64,000 bases of DNA from Candidatus Sumerlaeia bacterium (GTDB lineage: Bacteria > Sumerlaeota > Sumerlaeia > MVZB01), in NCBI GenBank assembly GCA_963580245.1, contig CAUZJO010000001.1:533-64532 (forward strand). Reading direction: 5' to 3'. The position numbers were made by a program, and so were the translations under genes. Within the stretch, counting starts at the first letter, position 1, and the number at the start of each line of letters is the position of its first letter. The notes beneath the pieces are model-generated. The model was not told the origin of the DNA and did not search any database. It saw only the letters and a list, made by a program, of their open reading frames with translations. Positions 48,975 to 59,269 of this stretch are shown one piece after another.

Positions 48975-51059
48975 TCAGCCCGAGACCCTTGATGGGGCCG
49001 GTTTGCGGACTAGAGGCTGGGCGGCGGAGAGGTCGGGCGCGGCCCCCGACGGGGTGAAGTTGCGGGGCAATTCGATGCGGAACGTCGTGCCCGCCCCGAC
49101 CTCGCTGCGCAGGCCCAGGTGTCCGCCATGGCCCTCGATGATGTGTTTGACGATCGCCAGGCCGAGGCCCGTTCCGCGCTGCCTCCCCCGACTGGCCCCG
49201 CGGTAGAATTTATCGAAAACGTGCGGGAGATCGGCGTCGCCGATCCCGGCACCCTGATCGCTGACTTCAACCCAGATCTGTTGGCTTCCGCAGTGCCCGG
49301 TGACATGGATGCGACCCGCTTCGGGCGAGTACTTGACGGCGTTGACCAGTAGATTGCGCAGTGCCCGACTCATCTGGGCCACGTCCCCGCGAAGGCGGCT
49401 GTGATGGCTGCCCGACCAATGAACCTGGGCCGAGATGTTCTTGGAAACAAGGATCGTGCGGGCGCCGCGCACCACGTCTTCGACCAACAGCTTGAGGTCG
49501 TAGGGGACGAAGTGAAACGCTTCACCACTGGCCTCGAGCCGGCGCAGATCGAGCAACTCCTCGATCAAGTTCTGCAACCGGGTCGATTCCTCGTAAATGA
49601 TCGAGAGAAATTCCTCGCGCGTTTCGGCCGGCATCTGTCCGTCCTTGCGCATGGTTTGGGCGAAGCCCTTGATCGCCGCCAGCGGGGAGCGCAACTCGTG
49701 GGTGACGTTGGAGAGAAACTCGTCCTTAGCCTGGTCCATCGCCTTGATATTGGTCACGTCATTGTAGATGACAAGCACGCCGCGCCGTTCGTTCTCGGCC
49801 CCGCAGACAACCATGGCCCGCCGCGAGAGGATCTTCGGCGCCTGCTTGCTCGCGCGCGGCTGGGGGGCCTCGAGCTCGTCGGTATAGGTCAGCTCGGGGC
49901 TATCCTGGAGGTTGTTGAATATCGACCAGTACTTGGCCTCGGACCCGATGAATTGCGTCATGTGCTCATGGTGGAAGTGTGCGTCGGACATGGCCGGGCC
50001 GCTATCGGTCAGGTTGAAGGTTGTCAGGAAAGCCGCGTTGGCCTGGACCGGCTCCTTTTCGTTGTTGTAGAGGATGATGGCCTCATCCACGCTGTTAAGG
50101 ACCAAGTCCAGTTCGGCCTTGATCTCAACCAGGTTCATGCCGGCCCGCTCCAAGCGGTTGCGGCTGTCGCGGGCCTCGGTCTGAAGCAGCGCCGTGCGCC
50201 ATTGCCAGCGCAAGAAGAGATAGGAGATCAACAATGAGAGGGTGATGCCCAGGCCCAGGATCGTGAACGAGACGAAATTAGCTGGCGAGGCCTTGGCCGA
50301 GAGCATCGGCTCGACGGTGATCTCCCATCGGCGGCCGCCGATGAGAATCTCCTCGACGACCGGTTCGGCCAGGCCCGTCCGACGCCGGGTCCCGGCCGCG
50401 GAGCCCAGGGCCGGGAGAATCGGCTGCTCGCCATGCCGAATGCTGATCCGAAAGTCCTGGAGCAGATCGGGTTTGAGCAGATTGTCGAGCAAGCTCTGAT
50501 ACTGAAAGATCCCCAACGCGAAGCCGAGATGGTTTTGTCCCTGGTCGATCCGCGCGGCGGCCAAGAAGCCCTCGCCGTGTCTGCCGACCACGACGGTGTT
50601 GGTGATGGCCGGGCTCCTACTCTTCTTGGCGGTCTCCAAGGTGTGGTTCAGGTTGGGGTCGGCGGTCAGGTAATAGACGTCGGCCAGTGGAAGCGCATCC
50701 TTGGGGGCCATCTTGTTGGGGTGACCATAGCGGTCGGTGATCAGCACGGCCAGAAAGCCCGGCACGTCGGCCATCAACGACCCGCAGAAGCCCCGGAACT
50801 CTCGATCGGATTTGGTCTCGGAGTGGGCATAGAAGTGGGCGACCTGTTTAAGCGCGATCAGACGGTCCTTGAGAAAGACATCGAGCCTTTCGATGACCTG
50901 ACGACCGGTTTGCCCGGAGACTTTGATCAGACGGAGGTTAAGAAAATAGGTCGAGGCCAGCCATAATGTAACCGTGATCGTCAGCAAAAAAAGTAAAAGA
51001 ACCCCGGTGGCAACCAAGCATCGGCGGTAGAGAGTGGCTTCCGGTCTTTTCCAGCGCAT
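48975..51059 (-). CDS. Sensor histidine kinase (TM-CHASE-like-TM-PAS-HisKA-HATPase)
   Basis: EFLSNVTHELRSPL, NLLVNAVKYS, DQGAGI, FDKFYR, GTGLGLAI. Confidence 0.9.
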   Translation of the reverse strand: MRWKRPEATLYRRCLVATGVLLLFLLTITVTLWLASTYFLNLRLIKVSGQTGRQVIERLDVFLKDRLIALKQVAHFYAHSETKSDREFRGFCGSLMADVPGFLAVLITDRYGHPNKMAPKDALPLADVYYLTADPNLNHTLETAKKSRSPAITNTVVVGRHGEGFLAAARIDQGQNHLGFALGIFQYQSLLDNLLKPDLLQDFRISIRHGEQPILPALGSAAGTRRRTGLAEPVVEEILIGGRRWEITVEPMLSAKASPANFVSFTILGLGITLSLLISYLFLRWQWRTALLQTEARDSRNRLERAGMNLVEIKAELDLVLNSVDEAIILYNNEKEPVQANAAFLTTFNLTDSGPAMSDAHFHHEHMTQFIGSEAKYWSIFNNLQDSPELTYTDELEAPQPRASKQAPKILSRRAMVVCGAENERRGVLVIYNDVTNIKAMDQAKDEFLSNVTHELRSPLAAIKGFAQTMRKDGQMPAETREEFLSIIYEESTRLQNLIEELLDLRRLEASGEAFHFVPYDLKLLVEDVVRGARTILVSKNISAQVHWSGSHHSRLRGDVAQMSRALRNLLVNAVKYSPEAGRIHVTGHCGSQQIWVEVSDQGAGIGDADLPHVFDKFYRGASRGRQRGTGLGLAIVKHIIEGHGGHLGLRSEVGAGTTFRIELPRNFTPSGAAPDLSAAQPLVRKPAPSRVSG

Positions 51060-51186
51060 TGGATGGGACCAGAGGGGGATGACGGGTGGCGCGTGTCCGG
51101 CCCTGGGTACTTCAACAGTCTATGCCGATCGTCTCGAATCCGCAACCCCGGATCGTCGGTGGAGAAGGCGACACAGTCGGGCAAGG

Positions 51187-51471
51187 TTACGGTAAGGGGA
51201 GTTCGCCAACGGCCGGAGCCTCGGTGCTCGGCAACATGACCGGCAGGTTGGGCGACACCGTGTCGTCGATCACATAGGCGCGGGTCTGCATAAAATCGGC
51301 CACCTCGATCTCTTCGCTCAACATGCGGTCCAGAAGCTGATCAAAGTGATCGGTCGGGATGATCAACAGGTCATCCTTCAGATAGAGGGTCATGAAGTCC
51401 TGGTCGCGCCCGGCCGTTTTCAAATCTTTCACCTCGGCGGCAGATAAACTAGGATGATCGTAAGCTTGCAA
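51187..51471 (-). CDS. Small acidic hypothetical protein
   Basis: 94-aa ORF, TTG start with GAGAGG RBS, co-oriented with its neighbours. Confidence 0.55.
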   Translation of the reverse strand: MQAYDHPSLSAAEVKDLKTAGRDQDFMTLYLKDDLLIIPTDHFDQLLDRMLSEEIEVADFMQTRAYVIDDTVSPNLPVMLPSTEAPAVGELPLP

Positions 51472-51656
51472 ACTTCGTGCCTCTCGGCCCGATCGGCTCT
51501 ATTTGCGGCCTAACTTCAATAGCCTAAACCGTCTGTACATGCCCACAGCCGTCGCCGTCGGAGCAAAGCCCGGCCCGGATCGGTGCAATCAGCGTCGGTT
51601 TTCGCAATATGAGAGAATCAGAATGAAAATCTGGTTCTCCTCGGGACCTGTTTCGA

Positions 51657-54383
51657 TCAGTCCAGGTCAAGCTCGTTCTCGCTGCCCAGCGAGGGCGGGG
51701 AGGAGGCCGACGAGTTGAATTCGCCGAGTGGGAGGCGGGTAGGCCCTGGATTCAACGAGGCCTTCATCTGGCAGGCCATCCCATCCGTCGGCCCATCGTA
51801 GCACTGCGTGGCGGTGTGACTCCCATACTTATTGCAACCGCCAAGGGCGTCGAGGGCCCGAACCAGTTCCAACTTCAAATCCTTTGCGTCGTTGAAACGC
51901 CGGTTGGGGTCCTTCTCCAGGTATTTCATGATGATCCCGGCGATCTCCTTGGGCACCAGAGGGTTGATCTCGCGCGGGGGAAGGGGTTTGTTGTGGACCT
52001 GCTGATAAGAAACGTCTCCGCTGGCGAACGGGGGCGAGCCGGTCAACACCTCGTAGAGCAGCACGCCGACCGAATAGAGATCACTGCGCCCGTCGATCTT
52101 GCCCCCCGTGACCTGCTCGGGCGACATGTAGCGCGGGGTCCCGACCATGGCGCCGGTGGGCGTGAACGTCGCCTCCTCGATATGGACGATCCCGAAGTCG
52201 GTGATTTTCACCTCGCCCAGCGTATTGATCATGATGTTGTCGGGCTTGATGTCGCGGTGGATGATGCCGCTTTCATGGGACGCCTCCAGGGCGTCGCAAA
52301 GCTGGACGGAGTAAAAGAGAACCTCGGAGGTGAATTCGACCGGGGCGTGGAAACCGTCGGTGAACTGGCGGTCGATGATCTCACGCACCGACGGGCCGTC
52401 CACGTATTCCATGACGATTTAGCTCTGACCGTTGACGTTGCTGATGTTGTAGTCGAAAATCTGAGCGATGTTTTTGTGATTGAGGCGCGCCGCAATGCGC
52501 GCTTCGCGGAAGAAGCGGTCCAGCGCCTTGGAACTGCTCGACAGCGAGTCGCGTAGGAACTTCATCGCCACGCTGCGCTGATTGCGGATGTCGTAAACCT
52601 TGTGCACCACGCCCATCCCGCCCGACCCCAACCGCTCGCTGTAGCGGTAGCACCCGACAGCCAAGTCGCCGATCAATTCGCGCATGCGCGGGTCGGAGTC
52701 TATCTCGGAGCGCAGCGAACCGCCGTTCTCCTCGATCTGCGAAATGCGTTGGCGCACGTCCCGGTAATCGAGATTGACCCGCCCGATCAGATCCAGGGCC
52801 GTCAAGGCTTCTCGCATGGCGCTGGTCTGCATGAATTCCTCACTCAGTTCATAGAGGTCCTCACAGTCGTGGTTCTCCACGGTGACCATGCGGTAGCGCT
52901 CCATTGATTGCTCCAGATGGCCGCTCTTGAGGTAGGCCCGCGCGCGCAAACGGTTCGCGTCGTCGGTCTGAGTAAGCGAACCGGCCGCGACGCGCAGTTC
53001 CTCGATGGCTTTTTCCCAGTGCCCGGTTTTCAGGTAGAGCCGCCCCAGTTCCAGCCGCAACTGAGGCAGGTCGGGATTCTCGCCTAGAATCTCATCGAAG
53101 AGGGTCTCCAGTTCAAGGATGACGTCGCTGCGGTCCGGTTCGCGCTCGACGGCCTGGTTGAGGTAGAAGACGGCCTTGGGGTGATCCTTCTGGCGCCGGA
53201 AATAGAGGCCCAAACGCAGCAGGGGTTCGACATCGCCGAGTTCCACCCGCTCCAACAACCCGTCGATCTGTTCCAAGACCTCCGGGTCGGGCTGAGCGCC
53301 CTGGCACAGGACGTTGATATACTTTTCCAGTGCCGCGTCGTAGCGGCCGTTCTTGAGCTGCAATTCGGCCATCGTGCGTTCGACCTCCAGCATCAGGGTG
53401 TTCTCCTGAGTTTGGGAGGTCTGATCGTCGACCAGCACGTTGTCATTGATGTAACGCAGGACGTTGACCGCTTTGTCCACCTCATCGGCCTGCTCGAAAG
53501 CCGTCGCCAGCTCGTTGAGCATTTGCTTGACCCGCCGATCCATCGTCATGCGGCGCAGGACGTCGAACGCCCCGTCCAACTGGCCCTGCTCGACCATCGC
53601 CTTGGCGTAAGACTGCGAGAAGGTATTGATTTCCCAACCGCGATCGGCCGCCTGACGCAGCCAGTCATTCAGCGTGTCCGCCTCGGCGTGGTCGAGCATG
53701 ACCATGAAGAACCGCTGGCGGACCTCGTCGGGCACTTGGCCGGCGTGGGCCGGGGAGTACACGCGCTGGTAAAACTCGAGCAAGGTGGGGCCGACATCGG
53801 CGATCCCCTCGTCGTAGCGTTCCTCGAGCAGCAGCAACGCCCTGCACTCCTGGTCCATCTTTTGATAGAGCAGGACCAGCTCGATGGTCCCTTTGGCGTC
53901 GTCCTTGCGCGCTTGTTCCAGGTATCCAAAGCAGCCCCCGAATAGCCGCTCCAGGTCGCCGCGTCCCAGGCACTCGAGGTCTTTAAAGCCCTTGGACGCC
54001 CGAATCAGGTCGCCGGCCAGCAGATGAATGCGCGTCCAGGCCACCCAGGCACCCATGCAGTCGGGAGACTGCGTCAGAAATTCCCGAAGGCTTTCCAACG
54101 TCTCCTGCAGCGCGTCGGGGTCCGGCACATGCCCTTCATGGGCGGCCTTGCGCTCCAGCTCCTCGGTCTCCTCGATCAGCATGCGGATGCTCTGGGCCTG
54201 TTGGAGCAGGGCGTTGTCGACCTGCTGGCTGAGGACGGTCTGGCACAGCTCCATCGTCCGCTCGTCAAACCGGCCCAGCCGCACGTAAACCTCGGCCAGC
54301 GAGGCCATCAGCTCGGTGCTGGCGGGATTATAACTGAGGGCCTGTTCGAGCGACTCGCGCGTTCTTTCGAGGATTGATTTCAT
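51657..54383 (-). CDS. TPR-repeat Ser/Thr protein kinase (in-frame TAA 52419-52421)
   Basis: Long TPR region, then LGSGGMG, VAMK, GQS*IVMEYVDG, HRDIKPDN, DFG, GTPRYMSPEQ. Both ORFs are in the same frame. Confidence 0.88.
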
Positions 54384-54596
54384 TCAGTCTCCACGTTTCC
54401 GATCCGACGCGGTCCGGGGGCCATGCGCCCGCCGGTCGGGTAAACCTCTCCGATCACTTTATCGGTTGGGCGACACCGCATATTAACGCGCAAGGGGGTT
54501 TTAATTGAAGAAGGTCACGGTGGGGCGGGCGGGGCGGCCGACGCGCCGGTCGTGGGGGTCATCCGGTCTTGATATAGAGGGCTGAAAAGACATGGG

Positions 54597-55244
54597 TTAT
54601 ATCTCTGGAGGCGCGCGGCCGTCGGGGCTGTCGGCCGCGGCTGAGCGATAGAGCCGACCCTGGCGAACCACCTCGAGAACGGGCCCGGGCACAAGCCCCG
54701 CCAGCTCCTCGAACGCGCCCTCGGCCAGGCGGCTTCGGATGAACGTCGAAGAGAGGTCGGGCAGGGCGAATTCCGGACGGCTTTGCGGGGGCCCCTCCGG
54801 CGGGATCCCGGCGGGGGATGGGTATCCCTGGCGCGGGATGATCAGTGGCGGGGCCAGCCTCTCGATCTCGTCGAATTGCTTCCAGACGTGCGCCTCTTCG
54901 AGCTGATCGCTGCCCATCACCCAGTGCCATGAGTGGCCGGGATGTCGGTCGATCAGCCGGCGTAGCGTATCGACCGAATAATGCACGCCAGGCCCCCGCT
55001 CCAGGTCCAGCAGCCTGACCCGTTCCCCGTAACACCCGAATGCCCGGCGACACATCTCCCAGCGGTCGTCGAAGGGCGCCGAGCGCTTGCCGAAGGGGTG
55101 GCCCCCGGTGGGGATGACCCAAAGCTGGTCGATCTCGCCCCCCGCCAGTGCCCAGGCCGCCACCATCATATGGGCGATGTGCGGCGGATCGAAACTTCCG
55201 CCGAACAGGCCGATCCGTGGGCCGCCGCCGGACTCCGCGCTCAC
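54597..55244 (-). CDS. nadD: Nicotinate-nucleotide adenylyltransferase
   Basis: GLFGGSFDPPHIAH, HPFGK, YSVDTL, MGSD, LSSTFIR. Confidence 0.92.
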   Translation of the reverse strand: MSAESGGGPRIGLFGGSFDPPHIAHMMVAAWALAGGEIDQLWVIPTGGHPFGKRSAPFDDRWEMCRRAFGCYGERVRLLDLERGPGVHYSVDTLRRLIDRHPGHSWHWVMGSDQLEEAHVWKQFDEIERLAPPLIIPRQGYPSPAGIPPEGPPQSRPEFALPDLSSTFIRSRLAEGAFEELAGLVPGPVLEVVRQGRLYRSAAADSPDGRAPPEI

Positions 55245-55708
55245 CGGCCGCGGCCCCGCTTGTCGTCGCCCGCGGGTTTCTTATATTCGGCGCTGACCGT
55301 TGTCTGGAGCCCCCCCCGGATCGTGAAATCACACACCACCCGCATGCGCTTGGGGCCGAGCAATCCGGTCAAGTCTTCCAGAATGCGATTGCACACGTGT
55401 TCATAGAAGATGCCGACCATGCGGTACGAGATCAGGTAGTACTTGAGCGAGCGCAGTTCGACGCACTTGGCGTCGGGGACGTATTCGATGGTCAGCTTGC
55501 CGAAATCAGGCAGGCCGGAGAAAGGGCAAACCGTCGTGAACTCCTCGGTGGCCGTCGTAATGGTGATGTCTTTGCCGGGATACTGGTATTTAAAGGCCTC
55601 GAGGGCGGCCGTATCAATGGCCTCGGTCCCCTTGAACTCAAAACGCCGCCCGTGGGACTTCAGTCCGGCCGCCCCCGAATCGGGTTTTTGGGATTCGCCG
55701 CTTTCCAT
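55241..55708 (-). CDS. queF: NADPH-dependent 7-cyano-7-deazaguanine reductase QueF
   Basis: EFTTVCPFSGLPDFG, CVELRSLKYY, FYEH..NRI, RGG. Confidence 0.92.
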   Translation of the reverse strand: MESGESQKPDSGAAGLKSHGRRFEFKGTEAIDTAALEAFKYQYPGKDITITTATEEFTTVCPFSGLPDFGKLTIEYVPDAKCVELRSLKYYLISYRMVGIFYEHVCNRILEDLTGLLGPKRMRVVCDFTIRGGLQTTVSAEYKKPAGDDKRGRGR

Positions 55709-55826
55709 GGTCTCTGCGCTTCTGTTTGAAGTCCTCCGCGACGCGGCGGTCCGACTCCCTCCAGCTAACTTGAAGACGAGTCGGAACCCTGATGTGAGAG
55801 CCGATTGTGCTCTTGATTGACCCGTT

Positions 55827-57566
55827 TTACCCCAGCCGCTCCAGCTCCTCGCCGACGGCCTGCATGATGGGCCGCAAGGTCTGGGGGCTGAAATCGAAGC
55901 GGATGCCGGCGGTCTTGAACAGCTCCGGCAGCGGTCGCGAGCCGCCCAGGGCGAGGGCGGCCAGGTAATCCTCCAGTGCCCGAGCCGGCTCCTCGCGGAA
56001 TCGCAGCCAAAGCTGGAGCGCCCCGAGCTGGGCGATCCCGTACTCGACGTAATAGAACGGACACTGGAAGACGTGGAGCTGGCGATGCCAGCCGGCGCGG
56101 TGCAGGTCCTCCAGGCCCGAGTGATCGAGCCCGGGCGAGAAGCGCTCGTTGAGCTCGACCCATCGGTCATCGCGCTGCTGGGCGGAGTGGTCGGGGTTCA
56201 AGTAGATCCAGTGCTGGAAGGCGTCGACCGTCGCGATCCAGGGGAACAGCGTGATCATCTCGCGCAAGTGACGGCGTCGGGCGCGACGCGCCTGGTCGGG
56301 GTCTTGGTAGAAGACCTCGATCCGGCTCATGCCGAACAGCTCCATGGCCATCGAGGCCACCTCGCTGAACTCGGTCGGGGCACTGCGATAGACCAACAGC
56401 GACTGATCACGTGAACCCATGGCGTGGAAGGCGTGGCCCCCCTCGTGCAGCAGCGTCACCACGTCGCGGTTGGTTCCGGCGGCGTTCATGAAGATGAACG
56501 GCAGGCGGACCTCATCCAGCGTGTACTGGTATCCGCCGGGGGCCTTCCCCTTGCGGCTCTCGAGGTCCAGCAGGCCCTGTTCCCGCATCGTCCCGTAATG
56601 CCGGGCCAAGCGCGGGTCGAGGCGGGCGAATATCTCGGCGCAGCCATCGGAAAGCTCGTCGGCCGTCGCGAAGGGGTGGAGCGGCGGCTTGCCCTCGGGG
56701 TCGACCTGCAGGTCCCACGGGCGCAGGGTTTCCACGCCGAGCTGCTCGCGGCGCCGTCGGCGCAACTCGGCCAGTAGGGGGACGACTTCCTGCTCGATCG
56801 ACTCCTGGAACCTCACGCAATCGGCCGGCGTGTAATCGAACCGGTCGTAAGCCTGGTGCTGATAGTCGCGGTAACTGTCGAATTCGGCGTTGCTCGCGAT
56901 CCGGTCGCGGATGGGGACCATCTGGTCAAAGAGTTCGTTGAGCCGCTCGCGGTCCTCGAAGCGGCGCTCGGCGACCCGCCGCCAGGCGGCCTCGCGGGTG
57001 GAGCGGTCGGTCTCTTCCATGTACGGGGCCATTTGCTGGAGCGTTTTCTCCTCGCCTTCCCATTGGGCCATCATTGCCCCGATCACTTTCTGATACTCGG
57101 TGCTCAGCTTGGTGTCTTCGGTCTGGAGCGGGATATTGGCCTCCCGAAAGAGTTTGACCTGGTTCTGGGCAACGCGGTCGTGGACCTCGAGCCAGCGGCG
57201 GTCGGCCCGTTCACGCGCGGGATTCTCCAGATACAGGCGCGCCATGCGGTCGTGCCAGGTCTTGACCCGCGGCAAGACGTGCTCGACGCAGTGCAGGTAG
57301 GCTTTTTCGCGCTCGGGGTCGTCGGTCTGGCAGGTCATCGCGATGTAGCGGCGCGCGATTTCTTCATCGATGGCGGCGTCCAGTTCGCTCTGAGCGATGA
57401 GCCAAGCACTTAATTGTTCGGCGGTTTGGACCGAGGGTATTTCTTCGGCCAGTTGCTGGAAAAGCGGTTCGATCTGGTCCCAGTCACCGAAGTCGGTCAC
57501 CGCGCGAGTCAGCGTCCGGGGGAATTCGCGGGCCCGCTGCGCCTTGATCGTCAATGTTTGCTCCAT
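55827..57566 (-). CDS. pepF: M3 family oligoendopeptidase F
   Basis: RKGKAPGGY, PFIFMN, LLHEGGHAFH, EFSEVASM, HVFQCPFYYVEY. Confidence 0.92.
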   Translation of the reverse strand: MEQTLTIKAQRAREFPRTLTRAVTDFGDWDQIEPLFQQLAEEIPSVQTAEQLSAWLIAQSELDAAIDEEIARRYIAMTCQTDDPEREKAYLHCVEHVLPRVKTWHDRMARLYLENPARERADRRWLEVHDRVAQNQVKLFREANIPLQTEDTKLSTEYQKVIGAMMAQWEGEEKTLQQMAPYMEETDRSTREAAWRRVAERRFEDRERLNELFDQMVPIRDRIASNAEFDSYRDYQHQAYDRFDYTPADCVRFQESIEQEVVPLLAELRRRRREQLGVETLRPWDLQVDPEGKPPLHPFATADELSDGCAEIFARLDPRLARHYGTMREQGLLDLESRKGKAPGGYQYTLDEVRLPFIFMNAAGTNRDVVTLLHEGGHAFHAMGSRDQSLLVYRSAPTEFSEVASMAMELFGMSRIEVFYQDPDQARRARRRHLREMITLFPWIATVDAFQHWIYLNPDHSAQQRDDRWVELNERFSPGLDHSGLEDLHRAGWHRQLHVFQCPFYYVEYGIAQLGALQLWLRFREEPARALEDYLAALALGGSRPLPELFKTAGIRFDFSPQTLRPIMQAVGEELERLG

Positions 57567-57632
57567 TTTCGTGGTACCTCTATCAAGAAGCCGGGTGGTT
57601 AAGGGAGGCCGCGCCCCGGCCGGCGGAGACGC

Positions 57633-59000
57633 TCAACGACGCAATTTGAGTGTGGAGAGCGCATTGCGGGCCTGTTTGTGGCGAGGATTGAGTTTGAGGA
57701 CCTTCTGAAACTCGAGGTAGGCCGAGCGCGAGTCGCCCTTCATCTGGTAGGTCTGCCCGATCTCGAAGTGGACCTCATCGCTGTCGGGCAGGTAGCGCGT
57801 CAGTTCCTTGAAGTGCTTGAGACCGCGAGTATACAGGCCCTTCGAGCGGAACCCGCGCCCCAGACTCATGTTGGCCTTGATCAGCGACTCGGTGACCTGC
57901 GGATTTTTCGGGTCCATGTTGCGCGCTTTGCGCCAGGAGATGAACGCGCCGTCGACCTCGTTGTTCTTGAGCATCGCCCACCCCAGCAAGTTCAGCACCG
58001 AGATGTTGCGCGGATACTTGGCGCGCATGTCCGCCAGCTCCTTGCGCGCGTCTTCCCATTTCTGGTCGTTGTAGAGCATCATCGCGATCTTGTACTGCGC
58101 TTCGAATTCGTTGGGGTTGAGCCGCACGATTTCCCGGAAATCCTCGATCGTCTGCGTGCCGGAACGGGCCGGAGCGGGATCGGTTGTGGATGCGGCGGCC
58201 GGTGCTTTGCGCTCGGCAACCCGAGATGGAGCCCCCTTGCCGCCCGGCGCCGCTTCCGGCTCCTTGGTCTGTTCGCGCAAGACTTCGATGATGCACGTCT
58301 TGAGGTACTCATTATCCGGCTCGCGCGCGAGGTTTGCTTTCCAGCGTTTGAGCGTCTCTTGCCAGTAGCGATCGGCCTGCCGCGGCTGGCCGGCGCGTTG
58401 GTAGGCGAGCGCGATGTTTTGGATCAAGCGCGCGTCGTCGGGGTTCCTCTTGACGGCCTGGCCCCACACATCGATTGCCTCTTCGAACAGGCCGTGGTTG
58501 GCGTAGGAGTAACCCAAGGAGATCAGGCTGTAGAGCAAATTGTTCTTGGCGTGGCGGTGGGTCGGCTCGATTTCGAGGATCCGCTTCCAGTCCTCGATCG
58601 CCTCGCCCCACAGCTTCTTCTGGTGCTTCTTATGCGAGCGGATCATGTAGCCGCGGATGCGCTTGGCATTGGCCGATTGCTCGTCGACCTTCCCGGCCGC
58701 GACCATCTCCTGGATCGAATCGAGCCCTTGGTCGATCTGCTCGTCGGTCAGGTTGGACTGCTCTTCGGCGTTGAACAGAAACTCGCCCTTGATGTAGTTG
58801 AAAGTCTGAACGTCTTCCTTGGCCCGGTTGGCGGGGTTCTTCAGCGCATCGAAGGCCTTCTGAATGACCATGAAGCGGTCGGTATGCTTCTCGGGATCAT
58901 AGCGTTTGACCTGCTTGACGTAAGCGGCTTTGATCTCCTCAATGACGGCACCTTTATGCAGGCCGAGGATGGCGTAAGCACTTTTGTTATTAACGGGCAC
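57633..59000 (-). CDS. J-domain-like + TPR protein
   Basis: AYAILGL...EIKAAY...RYDPEK..RF..IQKAFD.L (HPD replaced), followed by two TPR clusters separated by an Ala/Pro linker. Confidence 0.8.
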   Translation of the reverse strand: MPVNNKSAYAILGLHKGAVIEEIKAAYVKQVKRYDPEKHTDRFMVIQKAFDALKNPANRAKEDVQTFNYIKGEFLFNAEEQSNLTDEQIDQGLDSIQEMVAAGKVDEQSANAKRIRGYMIRSHKKHQKKLWGEAIEDWKRILEIEPTHRHAKNNLLYSLISLGYSYANHGLFEEAIDVWGQAVKRNPDDARLIQNIALAYQRAGQPRQADRYWQETLKRWKANLAREPDNEYLKTCIIEVLREQTKEPEAAPGGKGAPSRVAERKAPAAASTTDPAPARSGTQTIEDFREIVRLNPNEFEAQYKIAMMLYNDQKWEDARKELADMRAKYPRNISVLNLLGWAMLKNNEVDGAFISWRKARNMDPKNPQVTESLIKANMSLGRGFRSKGLYTRGLKHFKELTRYLPDSDEVHFEIGQTYQMKGDSRSAYLEFQKVLKLNPRHKQARNALSTLKLRR

Positions 59001-59269
59001 TGATTCAGTTAACTCTTGACGACCAACGGTTGAGCGGCGGGCACAACGCTCCGCCCACGGTTCCCACGGCAATACGTCCAGCTTGCGGGGGCGGCACCCA
59101 CCGGCAAACCTCATGCGTTCCCTGTATGTGCCGCGCCTCCGAAACCAACTCTTGTAGCTAATCATCGGGGGGGATGCAAGCAAAAGCCTGGCGGCGGCGA
59201 CTTTTTTTCTCCGTGAACGTCGGTCACGCCGGGTTCCTCGGTCCATGTATCGCGCTAAGGAGGCCCGCC

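Noticed and set aside
55709-56170. Long N-terminal extension of QueF (309-aa ORF)
   Set aside because: Overlaps pepF in another frame; QueF similarity begins only after ATG 55708.
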